A DNA stretch of 63,974 nucleotides, counting the filler, from Octopus bimaculoides (taxonomy: Eukaryota), in NCBI RefSeq assembly GCF_001194135.2. It is 7 parts of 7 records of this genome, joined end to end, with 100 filler letters (N's around TTAATTAATTAA, not from the genome) between each part and the next. Parts side by side here need not be neighbours in the genome. Positions count along the whole stretch, not along the records: positions 1 to 22,641 come from NC_068983.1; positions 22,742 to 51,600 come from NC_068981.1; 5 more parts are not named here. One strand, given 5' to 3'. Under the pieces are notes generated by a model. It saw nothing but the letters and a program-made list of their open reading frames with translations, was not told where the DNA came from and ran no database searches. The position numbers and the translations under genes are program-made. Below, piece by piece: positions 12,845 through 23,765 of the stretch (position 1 is its first letter; every line of letters starts with the position of its first letter).

Positions 12845-13145
12845 CTTTCGTGGTTAGGGTATTCAGCTCACGATCCTAAGGTCATGAGTTCGATTCCCGG
12901 TGACGCGTTGTCCTTAAGCCCGACACTTTATTTTTACGTTACTCCAATCCACTCAGCTTGCAAAAATGTGTTGTACATGTATACTAAAGGGACAGTCTTG
13001 TTACATTCCATGTCACACTGAATCTCCCTGAGGACTACGTTAAGGGTACACGTATCTGTGAAGAGTTCAGCCATTTGCACGTTAGTTTTACGGTGAAGCT
13101 GTTCCACTGATCAGATCAACTGAAACCCTTGTTGTAACCGACAGA
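12845..13145 (+). mobile_element. tRNA-derived SINE family D
   Basis: GTGGTTAGGGTATTCAGCTCACGATCC..GAGTTCGATTCCC head. Its tail (CTCCCTGAGGACTACGTTAAGGG) is also present in reverse at about 525-575. Confidence 0.75.
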
Positions 13146-13540
13146 GAGATGGGTCATGTCGTTGTTGTCGCTGTTGTTATTCTAGTTGTTTAGCCACGGT
13201 CAGCTCTAACTGAAATGACTGATGATCAAAGACATTTCAACTACTATCATCCTGTCTTTTTTCAGACAGCTAATCTAAATTACCCAATGTGTCCTTCCTT
13301 AATACAGTAGAATACGATTTGAAGAACATTCCGTTGTTATTTCCAACACCTGAAGTCTTGTTGTTTAATTCCAGATCAGCCTTCCTCAGGGAGAATAATG
13401 TCGAATGTATTCCAGCCTTGACCATCCTGTTTACTTTTCTGACAGGCGCAGGTGTCACTGTGTGATAAGAAGCTTGCTTCCCAATCAAATGTTTCCAGGT
13501 TTAGAAAGTATCTTCAACTGTAGACTCGAGTCGACTAAGG

Positions 13541-13580
<40 letters not shown>

Positions 13581-13610
13581 NNNNNNNNNNTTCGCTCTTC
13601 TACAGAAAGG

Positions 13611-13725
13611 AACACAGAAAGAAACAAGGAGAGAAAAAAAAAATGTGTAGTGGCTAGCGATCTATCATGGCGAATGCCGGACAGAGGGGTCACACAGGAG
13701 AGCTAGGAAGAGGAGATAATATATA
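13611..13725 (-). mobile_element. Penelope-type pLTR fragment, same family as 17520-17697, truncated by gap
   Basis: GCTCTTCTACAGAAAGGAAC..GCTAGCG..ATCATGGCGA shared with 17609-17695. Confidence 0.6.
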
Positions 13726-14567
13726 AATATATGTATATACACATACATATATTACATACCTACATATATATGTATATATACATGCATGTATGGGTATAGG
13801 ACATCAAAAAACGTGGACAGAATGAGAAACGAGAACATAAAAAACAAAAACATAGAAAACGAATTTTTTTCGAACAACGAAAAAAACAAACAAACAGAGA
13901 AGCGAGACATGCAACATAAAGAAATCCCCTTCATCGGTTGTCCTCTGTTTTATCTACTCTGCGTTTCGAAGGCAAGGACAAGACGCGACTTCGTTAAAAC
14001 AGTCCTTCCCGCAAAGCAAATTAAATAAAATTTGGGATTTTTTGCGGAGGGTGAAAGTGGTAACAAAAACAGGACAGCGAGAACAAAACAGTTAAAACAA
14101 ACGGTGAGGGCTGTTAAGCCAAGACGATGTGAAGTGGTGAACGCTTAGAAAAACGAGCTTTGAGAAGAGACAGATAAAAGCACGAAAGGATGAAAGGCAA
14201 AGTAGACTTCAGCGCAAAAAGCCAGAAGAAATGCTGTTAAGCATTTTGTCCGGCACGTTAATGCTTCTGCTAGCTTGCCATTTGATAGAAAGAGAGAGAG
14301 AGAGAGACAGAGACAGAGAGAGAGAGAGAAAGAGACAGACAGACAGACAGAGACAGACAAAGAGAGGGAGACAGAGAGATGGACGGGCGGGCGGACGGAC
14401 GGATGGGCGAATGTTTAAAGTACACGTTGTCTTGACACAGCAGTTCTTCAAGTATTGCCGTCACACTCAAACCATTGTGCAAATTTCGTTCCGCTTGACT
14501 TAATCTTGCTATATTTCTCTAGTTCTCTGTGAAATTTACTTTCGGTAACTTGGAAAACAAAAGTAAG

Positions 14568-14618
14568 CGATCACTGACGAGTTCTTAATAAAGAAGTCGA
14601 AACTATTAGATTTGATCC
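14568..14618 (+). ncRNA. Degenerate hammerhead-like motif
   Basis: CTGACGA-GTTCTT(AATA)AAGAAGTC-GAAAC; stem III and cleavage site imperfect. Confidence 0.35.
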
Positions 14619-15831
14619 TCACTCCAAATTGTCGAAAACCTTGCGATATTCTTTTCTACTCTAGGTACAAGAGCCGAAATTTTGGTGGAGGGGGCCAGTC
14701 GATTAGATCGATTCTAGTACGCAACTGGTACTTAATTTATCGACCCCGAAAGGATGAAAGCAAAGTCAACCTCGGAAAACCATGCGATATTGTTTCAGCA
14801 TTGCTCCTACATTCCCAAAGAGACTAAATATAAGATTATTAAAGATATAAATATGACTTGGGATGCATACATATTTTTAAATACCACATGGAGATTATTT
14901 TGTTTAGTACTCAAATCTATGGCCCTATTGGCCATAAGTATATGTACTGAAGCTAAGTTAGGAGCCACTTAAAATGGTCAACATATTTTCCTTTAAAAGA
15001 AAGAAAGAAAGTTATCGAATGGGATTATATTTTAGATGTGATGTGAGAGGGATAACTCAATTGACGTAACATGAGTTAGCACCATAATTATGAAGTGAAT
15101 TCATAAAATGTTATGAAAAAGATTTTTGAAAATGCACCACCGCTACCACAACCACTACCCCATCACCAACCACTAAAATGTTGTGAATATTTTCTGTTTT
15201 ATTTTCTACAAAACACACTCAAGTATTACGTGGAAACCCTAAAAATAAAATTATTGATTATTTGGATAAGATCAATTAAGATATATTTATCAAAATAGCC
15301 TCTCGAGAAAGGATTAACAAGGAAATAACACATTTCTGAAATTCTCTCGAAACATTCCGCAAATTATATCTCAAGAGATTTCTTTACGAAATCCTACAAT
15401 AAATTATAAATAATTTCAAAATATACATAAAAATACATATTGCATTCTTGACTCAGACCCCTGCTGGTTTCATAATTTAATTTCGCAATATTTGGGAGAG
15501 GGGGGGGGGACATAATTATTATTTATATTTTTACCGTATGGTTTTTGTTTTACCTTTTATATTTTTTTACATATGTATAATTAATAATAAATTTAAATTC
15601 TATGTTTAAACTGCTAAAAATATATTTCAGTAATGCAAATATGCACAGACGTGCGCGCTCACACATAAATATGCATACATGTGAGTATATAAATTTATAG
15701 ATACATACCTACATAGAAGTTAATACATATGTACATAAATATGTGTGTGGAAAGTGTGTGTGGGAGGTGTGTGTAATACATGTGCGTTTGTGCATATAAA
15801 TATGTTATGCATGTGTGTGTATATGCATGTA

Positions 15832-15874
<43 letters not shown>

Positions 15875-16233
15875 GTATCTATATATATATGTATATATAT
15901 GCATATATATNNNNNNNNNNNNNNNNNNNNNNNNNNNNNNNNNNNNNNNNNNNNNNNNNNNNNNNNNNNNNNNNNNNNNNNNNNNNNNNNNNNNNNNNNN
16001 NNNNNNNNNNNNNNNNNNNNNNNNNNNNNNNNNNNNNNNNNNNNNNNNNNNNNNNNNNNNNNNNNNNNNNNNNNNNNNNNNNNNNNNNNNNNNNNNNNNN
16101 NNNNNNNNNNNNNNNNNNNNNNNNNNNNNNNNNNNNNNNNNNNNNNNNNNNNNNNNNNNNNNNNNNNNNNNNNNNNNNNNNNNNNNNNNNNNNNNNNNNN
16201 NNNNNNNNNNNNNNNNNNNNNNNNNNNNNNNNN

Positions 16234-16291
<58 letters not shown>

Positions 16292-17245
16292 CAAGGTGTC
16301 CCCAAAAATGCGTGCAGAGCAGACATTGAACGATTATAAAGTCAGTCTATTAAAATCCATTTTTCCTTTTCAAAATTTAGGACAATCTTTTAAATGTCCT
16401 CATAAAAAAGTCTAGTGATGTGAGGTCAAATGAAGGCGGAGAGTATGATGATGAAACTCTGCGTCCAGTCCTCCTCTTTGACAAAATTTCATGAAGCTTG
16501 ACCCAAAAAATACTATGGTACTGTAAGAGTGACCCGCCTTGTTAGAAATAAAATTCATCTTCAAAGTCTTCTTGAGTGCTTGACACGACAGATTGTCGTG
16601 TAAACAAATTCAAGTAAATGGGACCACACACAATACCCTCAAAAAAGAATGGCCCAATAAATCTTTTTGATGATAAGTTACACTATACTGTAACTCCTCT
16701 TATTAAATTGATATGAAGTTCCTCTGTAATATCCGAATTCAAAGTCAGCGGTAGATGCAATTTTGGCAGTCAATTGAACCGTTTAATTTAAATGTAGCTT
16801 CATCATTATAATCTTTGTTGGAAAGTTACATCTTCTACAGAAAACTCCACTCTTCGGTCCGAATCTTCTCCATTGGAAACATAGGGTATTCCAGGAATGT
16901 AATTCTTGCACTGAGAACGCTTCAAAGTGCGATAGACGCTTAGTTTTGAAATTCTCATCTCTTTACTTGCTGCTGCTCAGATTTTTTAGGATTCTGAACC
17001 TGTTTCTTGTATCTTTTCCCGCCTTATGGGGCCCGTTTAATGTCCGCAATCTTCTGGGAGATTTTTGTGGCCATTTGCTTCAAATTTATCTCTAATTCGA
17101 GTGATGATGAGTAAGTAGATCTGTTTGAAACTTCATCCTTAACTGTCTTTGCAGTTCGACTGCGTTTATAAACTTCCAGTAGTAATTCAAAATTAATTAC
17201 TTTTGTTCAAAACTTAGTTTGTCTCCCTTCATTATTCCTAACGGA
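16292..17245 (-). mobile_element. Tc1/mariner remnant, rosa/DD41D-like (DUF4817-type N-terminus)
   Basis: Minus-strand peptides NDEATFKLNG (first D), FIGPFFFE and SPPSFDLTSLDFF (decayed WPPRSPDLTPLDFF). Terminus TA|CAAGGTGTCCC at 16290. Confidence 0.75.
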
Positions 17246-17316
17246 CTAAATAGAAAATAAAATGAAAATTTAGTTATCGGCTGTTAATGTGTATATACAT
17301 TTGAGGGCAAAAAAAC

Positions 17317-17366
<50 letters not shown>

Positions 17367-17519
17367 TGTGTGTGTGTGTGTGTGCAGCTGAGGATTGCTC
17401 TGCATTTTACATTTGATGCAATGTTCACATTGCTTAAATAAATGGAGTCGCATGAAACGATCGTACTGCATTAACTTTGGATATCCTTGTTGCTTCTTTT
17501 GATATATATATATATATAG

Positions 17520-17697
17520 TTGGAATTTACAAAAAAAAAAAAGACGAAGACAGGTATATTAGTTTAACGCTCGGGAAGGTGAGAAAGTCTTTTACGTTTC
17601 GAACCTATGCTCTTCAACAGAAAAGAACATGAGAATATAAACAGAGAGAGAATCCAAAAAGAAAACTTTAGTAGCTAGCGGTCAATCATGGCGATAT
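17520..17697 (-). mobile_element. Short HHR-bearing Penelope-type pLTR element next to (TA)n
   Basis: Contains the HHR-like motif at 17587-17625; second copy at 13611; abuts a (TA)n tract. Confidence 0.6.
17587..17625 (-). ncRNA. Minimal hammerhead-like motif with non-canonical CUGUUGA core
   Basis: Minus strand: CUUUU-CUGUUGA-A-GAGC(AUAG)GUUC-GAAAC-GUA^-AAAGAC. Confidence 0.6.
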
Positions 17698-18029
17698 GTA
17701 TGTATGTATGTATGTGACATAAACACGTGTCCACAGCGGTCCTCTTGTCTTCAAAAATATACAGACTGACTTCTTGACATGTCAATTTCGGATAACTTTT
17801 ATTCATGAGATTATTTCCCCTTCTCATTCATAATCGGTAGCAGTTGACACCAGGTGTTTGCTTACTTCCCCATGAGGCGAAAATAATTTCAAGAATTCAA
17901 GCATTTGTATGATATTTAATATACCTTTATTGATCTTCATAATCAAAAATCAGGTCACTGTCCACACTGAATTACTTCTCTTAACTCTTTTCGTTTTAAT
18001 TATGCAAATTTTTCTGCGCCATAAATGTT

Positions 18030-18278
18030 CATTATTTACATTATTTACATTATTTATATTTGACGGATATTTGTCCTCATCTTTGTTGTTAACACAACGT
18101 TTCGGGTGATATACCCTCCAGCCTTCATCGGGAGTCTTGGGGAATTTTTGAACCTGGGTTCTCATTCCTAAGGTATTTTTTGATGTTATTATAATTATTA
18201 TTAAGGTCACTGCCTGGAATCGAAGTGGAATCTTGGGGTTAGTAGCGCGCGCTCTTAACCACTACGCCATATGCCCGT
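18030..18278 (-). mobile_element. tRNA-headed SINE carrying a hammerhead motif
   Basis: A box TGGCGTAGTGG (18269-18259), degenerate B box ACTTCGATTCC (18226-18216), anticodon-like loop CTACTAA, HHR at 18136-18091, (TGTAAATAA)n tail. Confidence 0.75.
18091..18136 (-). ncRNA. Degenerate minimal type I hammerhead ribozyme
   Basis: GACUC-CCGAUGA-A-GGCUG(GAGGGUAUAU)CACCC-GAAAC-GUU^-GUGUU; three substitutions from a fully paired canonical motif. Confidence 0.7.
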
Positions 18279-18750
18279 ATGCATACACACACATACGCGC
18301 GCGCGCGCACTCACATATATTATTATTATTATCATTACTATTATTATTATTAATAAATAATAACAACAATAATATGTCGCCAGCAAGCATGAAAGACAAA
18401 AAGGAAAATTCATAAATTTATAATTAATTATTAATTATAATTGAGGATACTCGAAGTACCACTGTTGCTAGAAATAAGAGCCGAAAAACAATTTATCATT
18501 AATAATAATAATTATGTATAATTATACACTGATATCGTTTGAATTTGGCGCTGGTCTTTCAACGATTATGATAGGCATGACGAAGCGAGTATAAATTTAA
18601 CCCTTGGCAGCAGCGAGATCTACTTATGAGAACTAAGGGAAATGTCTCAAAGTTCGAAATCACGTGATACAGGTATATCTGCGACTTTCGACCGGAATGG
18701 TAGGTTAATATTTAGTCGTTCCTCCANNNNNNNNNNATATATATATATAT

Positions 18751-19387
18751 ATATATAATTTAGAGAAAAAAACCACTATCAACAAGTTCAACAATGAAAA
18801 ACGTCATTCAACCATCTAGAAAAACCAATATACCACAAAAACCCTATTCCAAAAATCAATAAATACCAAATAGCAATAAATAGACTACGCGCGTTTCGTG
18901 GCTATATTTTGGGTATATTACATATTTAGAAAAACATTAAACTAAGAAGTTTTTAAAATAAATAAATTAATTAATGAAAATAGATTAAATTATAGAAATT
19001 TAGTTTAACTTATGTATAATTTACGTATTTTAGTTTTTAAATTATTTAGACTTTATAATTTTTCCAGTAAATGGTATACTGCAGTTAATTTTTTCTTACT
19101 CTCACAGCTAAAATACATTTTGTCATTTTAACAGTCTAAATACATATTCTATCTATTTTTTCTATAATTTTTGTATTTACGCCATATTTTCACGCGATAT
19201 ATTTCTAATAAACGCTAAGTTCTTCGTATTACGTTTGAAATTTGAGTTTAACAGAAATTCTTCGATAAGATAAGTTATGGTTTTGTTTTAAGTAATGTTG
19301 TGAAATACTTTTCGATTATTTACTGTTAAAACATGTATTATTTTATATTTATTTAATAATTATTATAAGTTTAGATACGTACATTGA

Positions 19388-19426
<39 letters not shown>

Positions 19427-19812
19427 CATGATTATTTTAGACCTGAAGAGTGACTATATTTTTAAATCGAATCGAATTTATTTTAAAATATAGCCACGAA
19501 ACGCGCGTAGTCTAGTTATTGTTATTTGTAATTTATTGATTGTGTAATTTATTGATTTTTGGAATAGGGTTTTTGTGGTATATTAGTTTTTCTAGTGGTT
19601 GAATGATGTTTTTTATTGTTGAATTTGTTGATAGTGGAGTTTTTTTGTATTTACGCCATATTTTCACGCGATATATTTCTAATAAACGCTAAGTTCTTCG
19701 TATTACGTTTGAAATTTGAGTTTAACAGAAATTCTTCGATAAGATAAGTTATGGTTTTGTTTTAAGTAATGTTGTGAAATACTTTTCGATTATTTTTTCT
19801 CTAAATTATATA
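18751..19812 (+). mobile_element. Non-autonomous Penelope-like element with inverted pLTR arms
   Basis: Inverted arms 18766-18910 / 19485-19646 plus terminal match 18751-18772 / 19793-19812; 154-bp direct repeat 19168-19321 / 19642-19795; HHR inside; TA-rich flanks. Confidence 0.65.
19438..19514 (+). ncRNA. Minimal type I hammerhead ribozyme, core intact
   Basis: Stem I UAGAC/GUCUA; core CUGAAGA; stem II GUGACUAUAUUUU/AAAAUAUAGCCAC (one mismatch); GAAA; stem III AC(GCGC)GU; GUA cleavage triplet ending at 19509. Confidence 0.85.
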
Positions 19813-19877
19813 TATTGGGAAATTTAATTCAGAATTGCTAAATTGAATTTTCACAGTAGGTTTTGGATTCTTATTCC

Positions 19878-19878
19878 C

Positions 19879-19973
<95 letters not shown>
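19878..19973. repeat. (TTA)n(TA)n compound microsatellite
   Basis: Seen directly. Confidence 0.95.
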
Positions 19974-19974
<1 letters not shown>

Positions 19975-19976
<2 letters not shown>

Positions 19977-20550
19977 GTGCACCGGCTTTTGGTAATTTTA
20001 TGTGGCTTGCACGAAATTCTAGCCTTTTCATTTCTCCTTCACAAGTATCGACGACAACACGGTAGAAGCCATTCTTACCCAGAAAGTCTTAGGGGGAAAA
20101 AGCACTCTGTGAACGTGGCCCTAACAGACAAACATAGCGACTCGAAGATAGCTAGCTTCCTAAAGGTGACTAGGCCCTTTGTGGTCCGAATGGGAAAGGA
20201 GCTGGAAGTCTTTGATGTCGTCGTTTCATTAGTCGCCAAGAGAAGTACAAAATGTTGTCAAGGTAACCGATTTCATCGTGAAAGTTCAGAACATTATGAC
20301 TGACAATCTCAGATAGATTGACGAGAACGATTGCCGAACAGCTCAAGATAGCGGAGTCTATCATATTAAGACGTATGGTGCACGAGGAAAACTAGGTAGA
20401 AACCGGACGAGATAAGGAGAGGACAGTTCATATCTAATAATATTCAAAAATTGTATGGTAATGTAATTTACATCATCGTGTGACTGTCTAGATCTCCTGA
20501 TTTGAATCCAAATCTCCCGAGTTGAATTCAAATCTCCTGATTTGAACGCA
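19975..20550 (+). mobile_element. Tc1/mariner remnant, maT/DD37D-like
   Basis: KKHSVNVALTDKHSDSKIASFLKVTRPFVVRMGKELE resembles a maT-type N-terminus; SPDLNP (TCTCCTGATTTGAATCCA) at about 20494, locally triplicated. Confidence 0.65.
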
Positions 20551-21111
20551 TCGCACCCACACTGCCTATTCTGCCATCAGCTGCAGTTTCCCGTTGTTTC
20601 AATAAACAGTGAAACCGTTAGAGGAAAAATTCACCTCAACATATTAAACTGGTTAATAGATATTCCATACTGGTAAACATGTATAAAGGGAACATTGTGG
20701 CCTAATTGCACACATCCATGCACACATACAGATATATAACTGTGTGTGTGTTTGCCCTCTCCCCATTGCTTGACTATCGGTGTTGGTGTATTAATGTCCT
20801 CGTAACTTAGTGATTCGGTAAAACAGAACGTTAGAATAAGTATCAGATTTTAAAAAGTAATTATTGGAGTCGATCTGTTCGACTAAGACCCTTCAAGGCG
20901 TGTTCCAGCATGGCCACTGTCCAGTGACTGAAACGAGGAGAAAATGTAGAGGACAACAGTCTTGCAGATATGAACATTGCTTTTAAAAACAGCGGGGAGA
21001 AAAACAACTGCGCTGAAATCTTCAGTATTTCTATATTTATACCAATAGTTAAAAAAAATATGAATGATATAGTATTTGGTACTCTTTTAGTCACTTACAT
21101 TTTTTTTATTG

Positions 21112-21470
21112 GTTTCACTCACTGGACTGCAGTCATACTGCGCAACACCTCGAACGGCTTAATCGAAGGAATCGACACCAATACATTTTTAAAGTCTGGT
21201 TTTTACTCTGTCTGTCCTGTTTTGCCAAACTACTTAGAGGAACGTAAACAAACCGACACTGGTTGTGAAGCAGTAACAAACAAACGCAAACTCCATATAC
21301 AAATACATGTGCGCGCGCATACGACAAGCTTCCACACAGTTTCTGTCTACCAAATCCACTCACGAAGTATTGGTTGCCTCGGAGTTAGAACAGAAGACAC
21401 TTGTTCATGTGGGAGTGAACTCGAAATCATGTGATTACAAAACAAACTTTTTTACCACAAAACCAAACCT
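21112..21470 (-). mobile_element. SINE family B, diverged
   Basis: TCTACCAAATCCACTCAC and AGAAGACACTTG in reverse orientation, plus the 3' half. Confidence 0.7.
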
Positions 21471-22207
21471 ATGAGACAGTCATGGCTGGAATGCCTCTCA
21501 TTATACGTTTGCTTAATCAAGATGACCAGAGGATAAACAACAGCGACATAGTTATTGTTCTTGTTTAGCCTCAGTTCAAACAGACCTCTGATCAAAAGTA
21601 TTCTAACCGTAGCCATCACCCTATCATTTTCTTGTGTGCTGTAAATATATGACTGCGATTCTTTTCAAAAACGACAGAGTGTGTTTTAAGAAAGATTTCA
21701 CCACTATTTCTAACAGTTCGAGTCACCACGTAAAGGCACACTTTCGAAAGATCACATCCGCTCTTCTCAAGCAGTTGTATGTAATATAATGTGGATTTGG
21801 CTACTATTTCTAGCAGCTTCTTACTGACCTGCAGGCTTCTACATATTTCAACTAAATATCAAATATGGAAAATATGGAGAAAATAATCATCAGTAGCTTG
21901 CTGTTAATTTAGAATATGAACTCAAGAACATTAACTCTGGTGATAAATACTTTAATTACTTCCCTTGCAAACGCACATTAAATTCAAGTACTTTATCTTT
22001 GAATTTTTTATATAATAATAAAAGAAATGTATCTTTGAATTTTTTATATAATAATAAAAGAAATGTATCTTTGAATTTTTTTCTTTAAATATAGACACTA
22101 GAACAAATAACACACAAAAGAAAGTGAATGCATTTCTGAGAGTACGTTTATGAGTACATTTATATCAGTGCAACACTGATTAGATTTTATCTCTTTCATG
22201 TATATAT

Positions 22208-22631
22208 ATAAAAGATCGCGCTGGATAGCGAACAAAGTGTGGAGTAAAGAGCGAAAGCTTTTGAGGAGGCCAGGATGATATATACAAGACTCAAGAATGT
22301 TGCGATCGAGAAGGTGAATCTCAGCGACTTTGTGACAGACCATGTCTTTCTTTTGCTGGGCTCAAATCTCATTTGCGGACCCATGAAAAAAGAACCGCCA
22401 CAATCTACTTTACCTATATATCTGTGCACGCTATTCAATGCCGTATATGCCATAAGATCTGCAAATCTAACAGAGGCCTCAAAAGACATTTTCAGATCCA
22501 AAAAAGGTCAGAACTTCACTGCAGCTCTTGGTGGTCCAGATCAGATACGTAATCTATGTGGGTGTCTTTTCAATACAGTGTCTGGTTTAAAAAGCCACAT
22601 CAGGCACCACGGATCAGGATCTAAAGTCTAA
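22208..22631 (+). mobile_element. RTE-clade LINE 3' end remnant
   Basis: KDRAG*R...SF(E)EARMIYTRLK then C-terminal CGCLFNTVSGLKSHIRHH, matching the RTE ORF end (DRxxWR...FE..R; CxxC..GL.SH.R.H). Confidence 0.7.
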
Positions 22632-22742
22632 GTACAAGAGGNNNNNNNNNNNNNNNNNNNNNNNNNNNNNNNNNNNNNNNNNNNNTTAATTAATTAANNN
22701 NNNNNNNNNNNNNNNNNNNNNNNNNNNNNNNNNNNNNNNNNA

Positions 22743-22974
22743 CATAAAAGACACCATTTCGAGCGTGGCCGTTTTCGTGCGGGTGACACGTAAAAGCACC
22801 CACTACACTCTCTGAGTGGTTGGCGTTAGGAAGGGCATCCAGCTGTAGAAACTCTGCCAAATCAGACTGGAGCCTGGTGTTGCCATCCGGTTTCACCAGT
22901 CCTCAGTCAAATCGTCCAACCCATGCTAGCATGGAAAGCGGACGTTAAACGATGATGATGATGATGATGATGAT
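22743..22974 (+). mobile_element. SINE family C with (GAT)n tail, 5' end lost in gap
   Basis: GGTTGGCGTTAGGAAGGGCATCCAGC core and CCAACCCATGCTAGCATGG..(GAT)n tail; 8 differences from the copy at 36432-36660. Confidence 0.9.
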
Positions 22975-22994
22975 ACATGCATGCATAAATGTGT

Positions 22995-23765
22995 AATGGT
23001 GTCTGTCTGTCTTTGTGTTTGGGGTTACTCTAACTGCTTCCACACCATCTAACCGATTTTAATGATTTTTGGCACATAAGTAGATCACATGCCCTGAAGT
23101 TCAAATAAGGCCCGAGTTTTTCTAAAACTCGATAATGCTCAGTTGGCATCGATTTTTGTGAGCTCAATCAGGTATTTGAATGGAAATTCCCATGATAATG
23201 TTGTTTTTCCTGCAGCTTTTGCATGTTTTGTCCGATTTTGATGAAAATCGATGAGTGAATGAGGCTCATGGTAGTGAGTTGATGTCAGTATATGGCGTTG
23301 ACAAAAAAATTGATAATTGCACCTGAGCAGTGGTTTTATAAAATCAATAGGCTTTTTGAGTGCAAATACACATAGAGATTTTATTTTTGGCCATAACTTT
23401 TATATTTTCATGTACATGGCCACATGGATTCTATTTTATGACATAACCTTAACACTTTTCTTCAGATTTTGCTGAGATTAGACACGCTGATCAATTTTGT
23501 ACAGAGGGTGGCATTAAGGGAGAGAAAGAAACAAACATCACTCTCAACGGGTCAAGGTACACCTTAAAGTCTGACTGCAATGTCAGACGGTCCAGTATGT
23601 AGGAGTATGTCGAAAGCATTAACAGGGTAAAATCACTGCCTAATCAGATATAACATCTTAATGGGTAATAGTTGGCACAGGGAACATAGAAGATTTCAAT
23701 ACAAGGTCAGAAGTTGGCTTAACTTCAATATAGAAAACACGAGCTGCACCAGGTCCAACAGCTAG
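22995..23765 (+). mobile_element. Non-autonomous Helitron-like element
   Basis: GTCTGTCTGTC..AACCGATTTTAATGATTTTTGGCAC body typical of small Helitrons; 3' end CAACAGCTAG|T at 23765. Confidence 0.5.

Noticed and set aside
22686-22697. TTAATTAATTAA islands inside N runs (also at about 51645, 55557, 58345, 60823, 62634)
   Set aside because: Identical 12-mer with stops in all six frames, always centred in gaps: a scaffolding marker, not biology.
22890-22912. CTGAGGA-CTGGT-GAAAC on the minus strand of SINE C (also about 36580)
   Set aside because: Only 5 unpaired nt in place of stem II, no U16.1 and no stem I; not a credible hammerhead.
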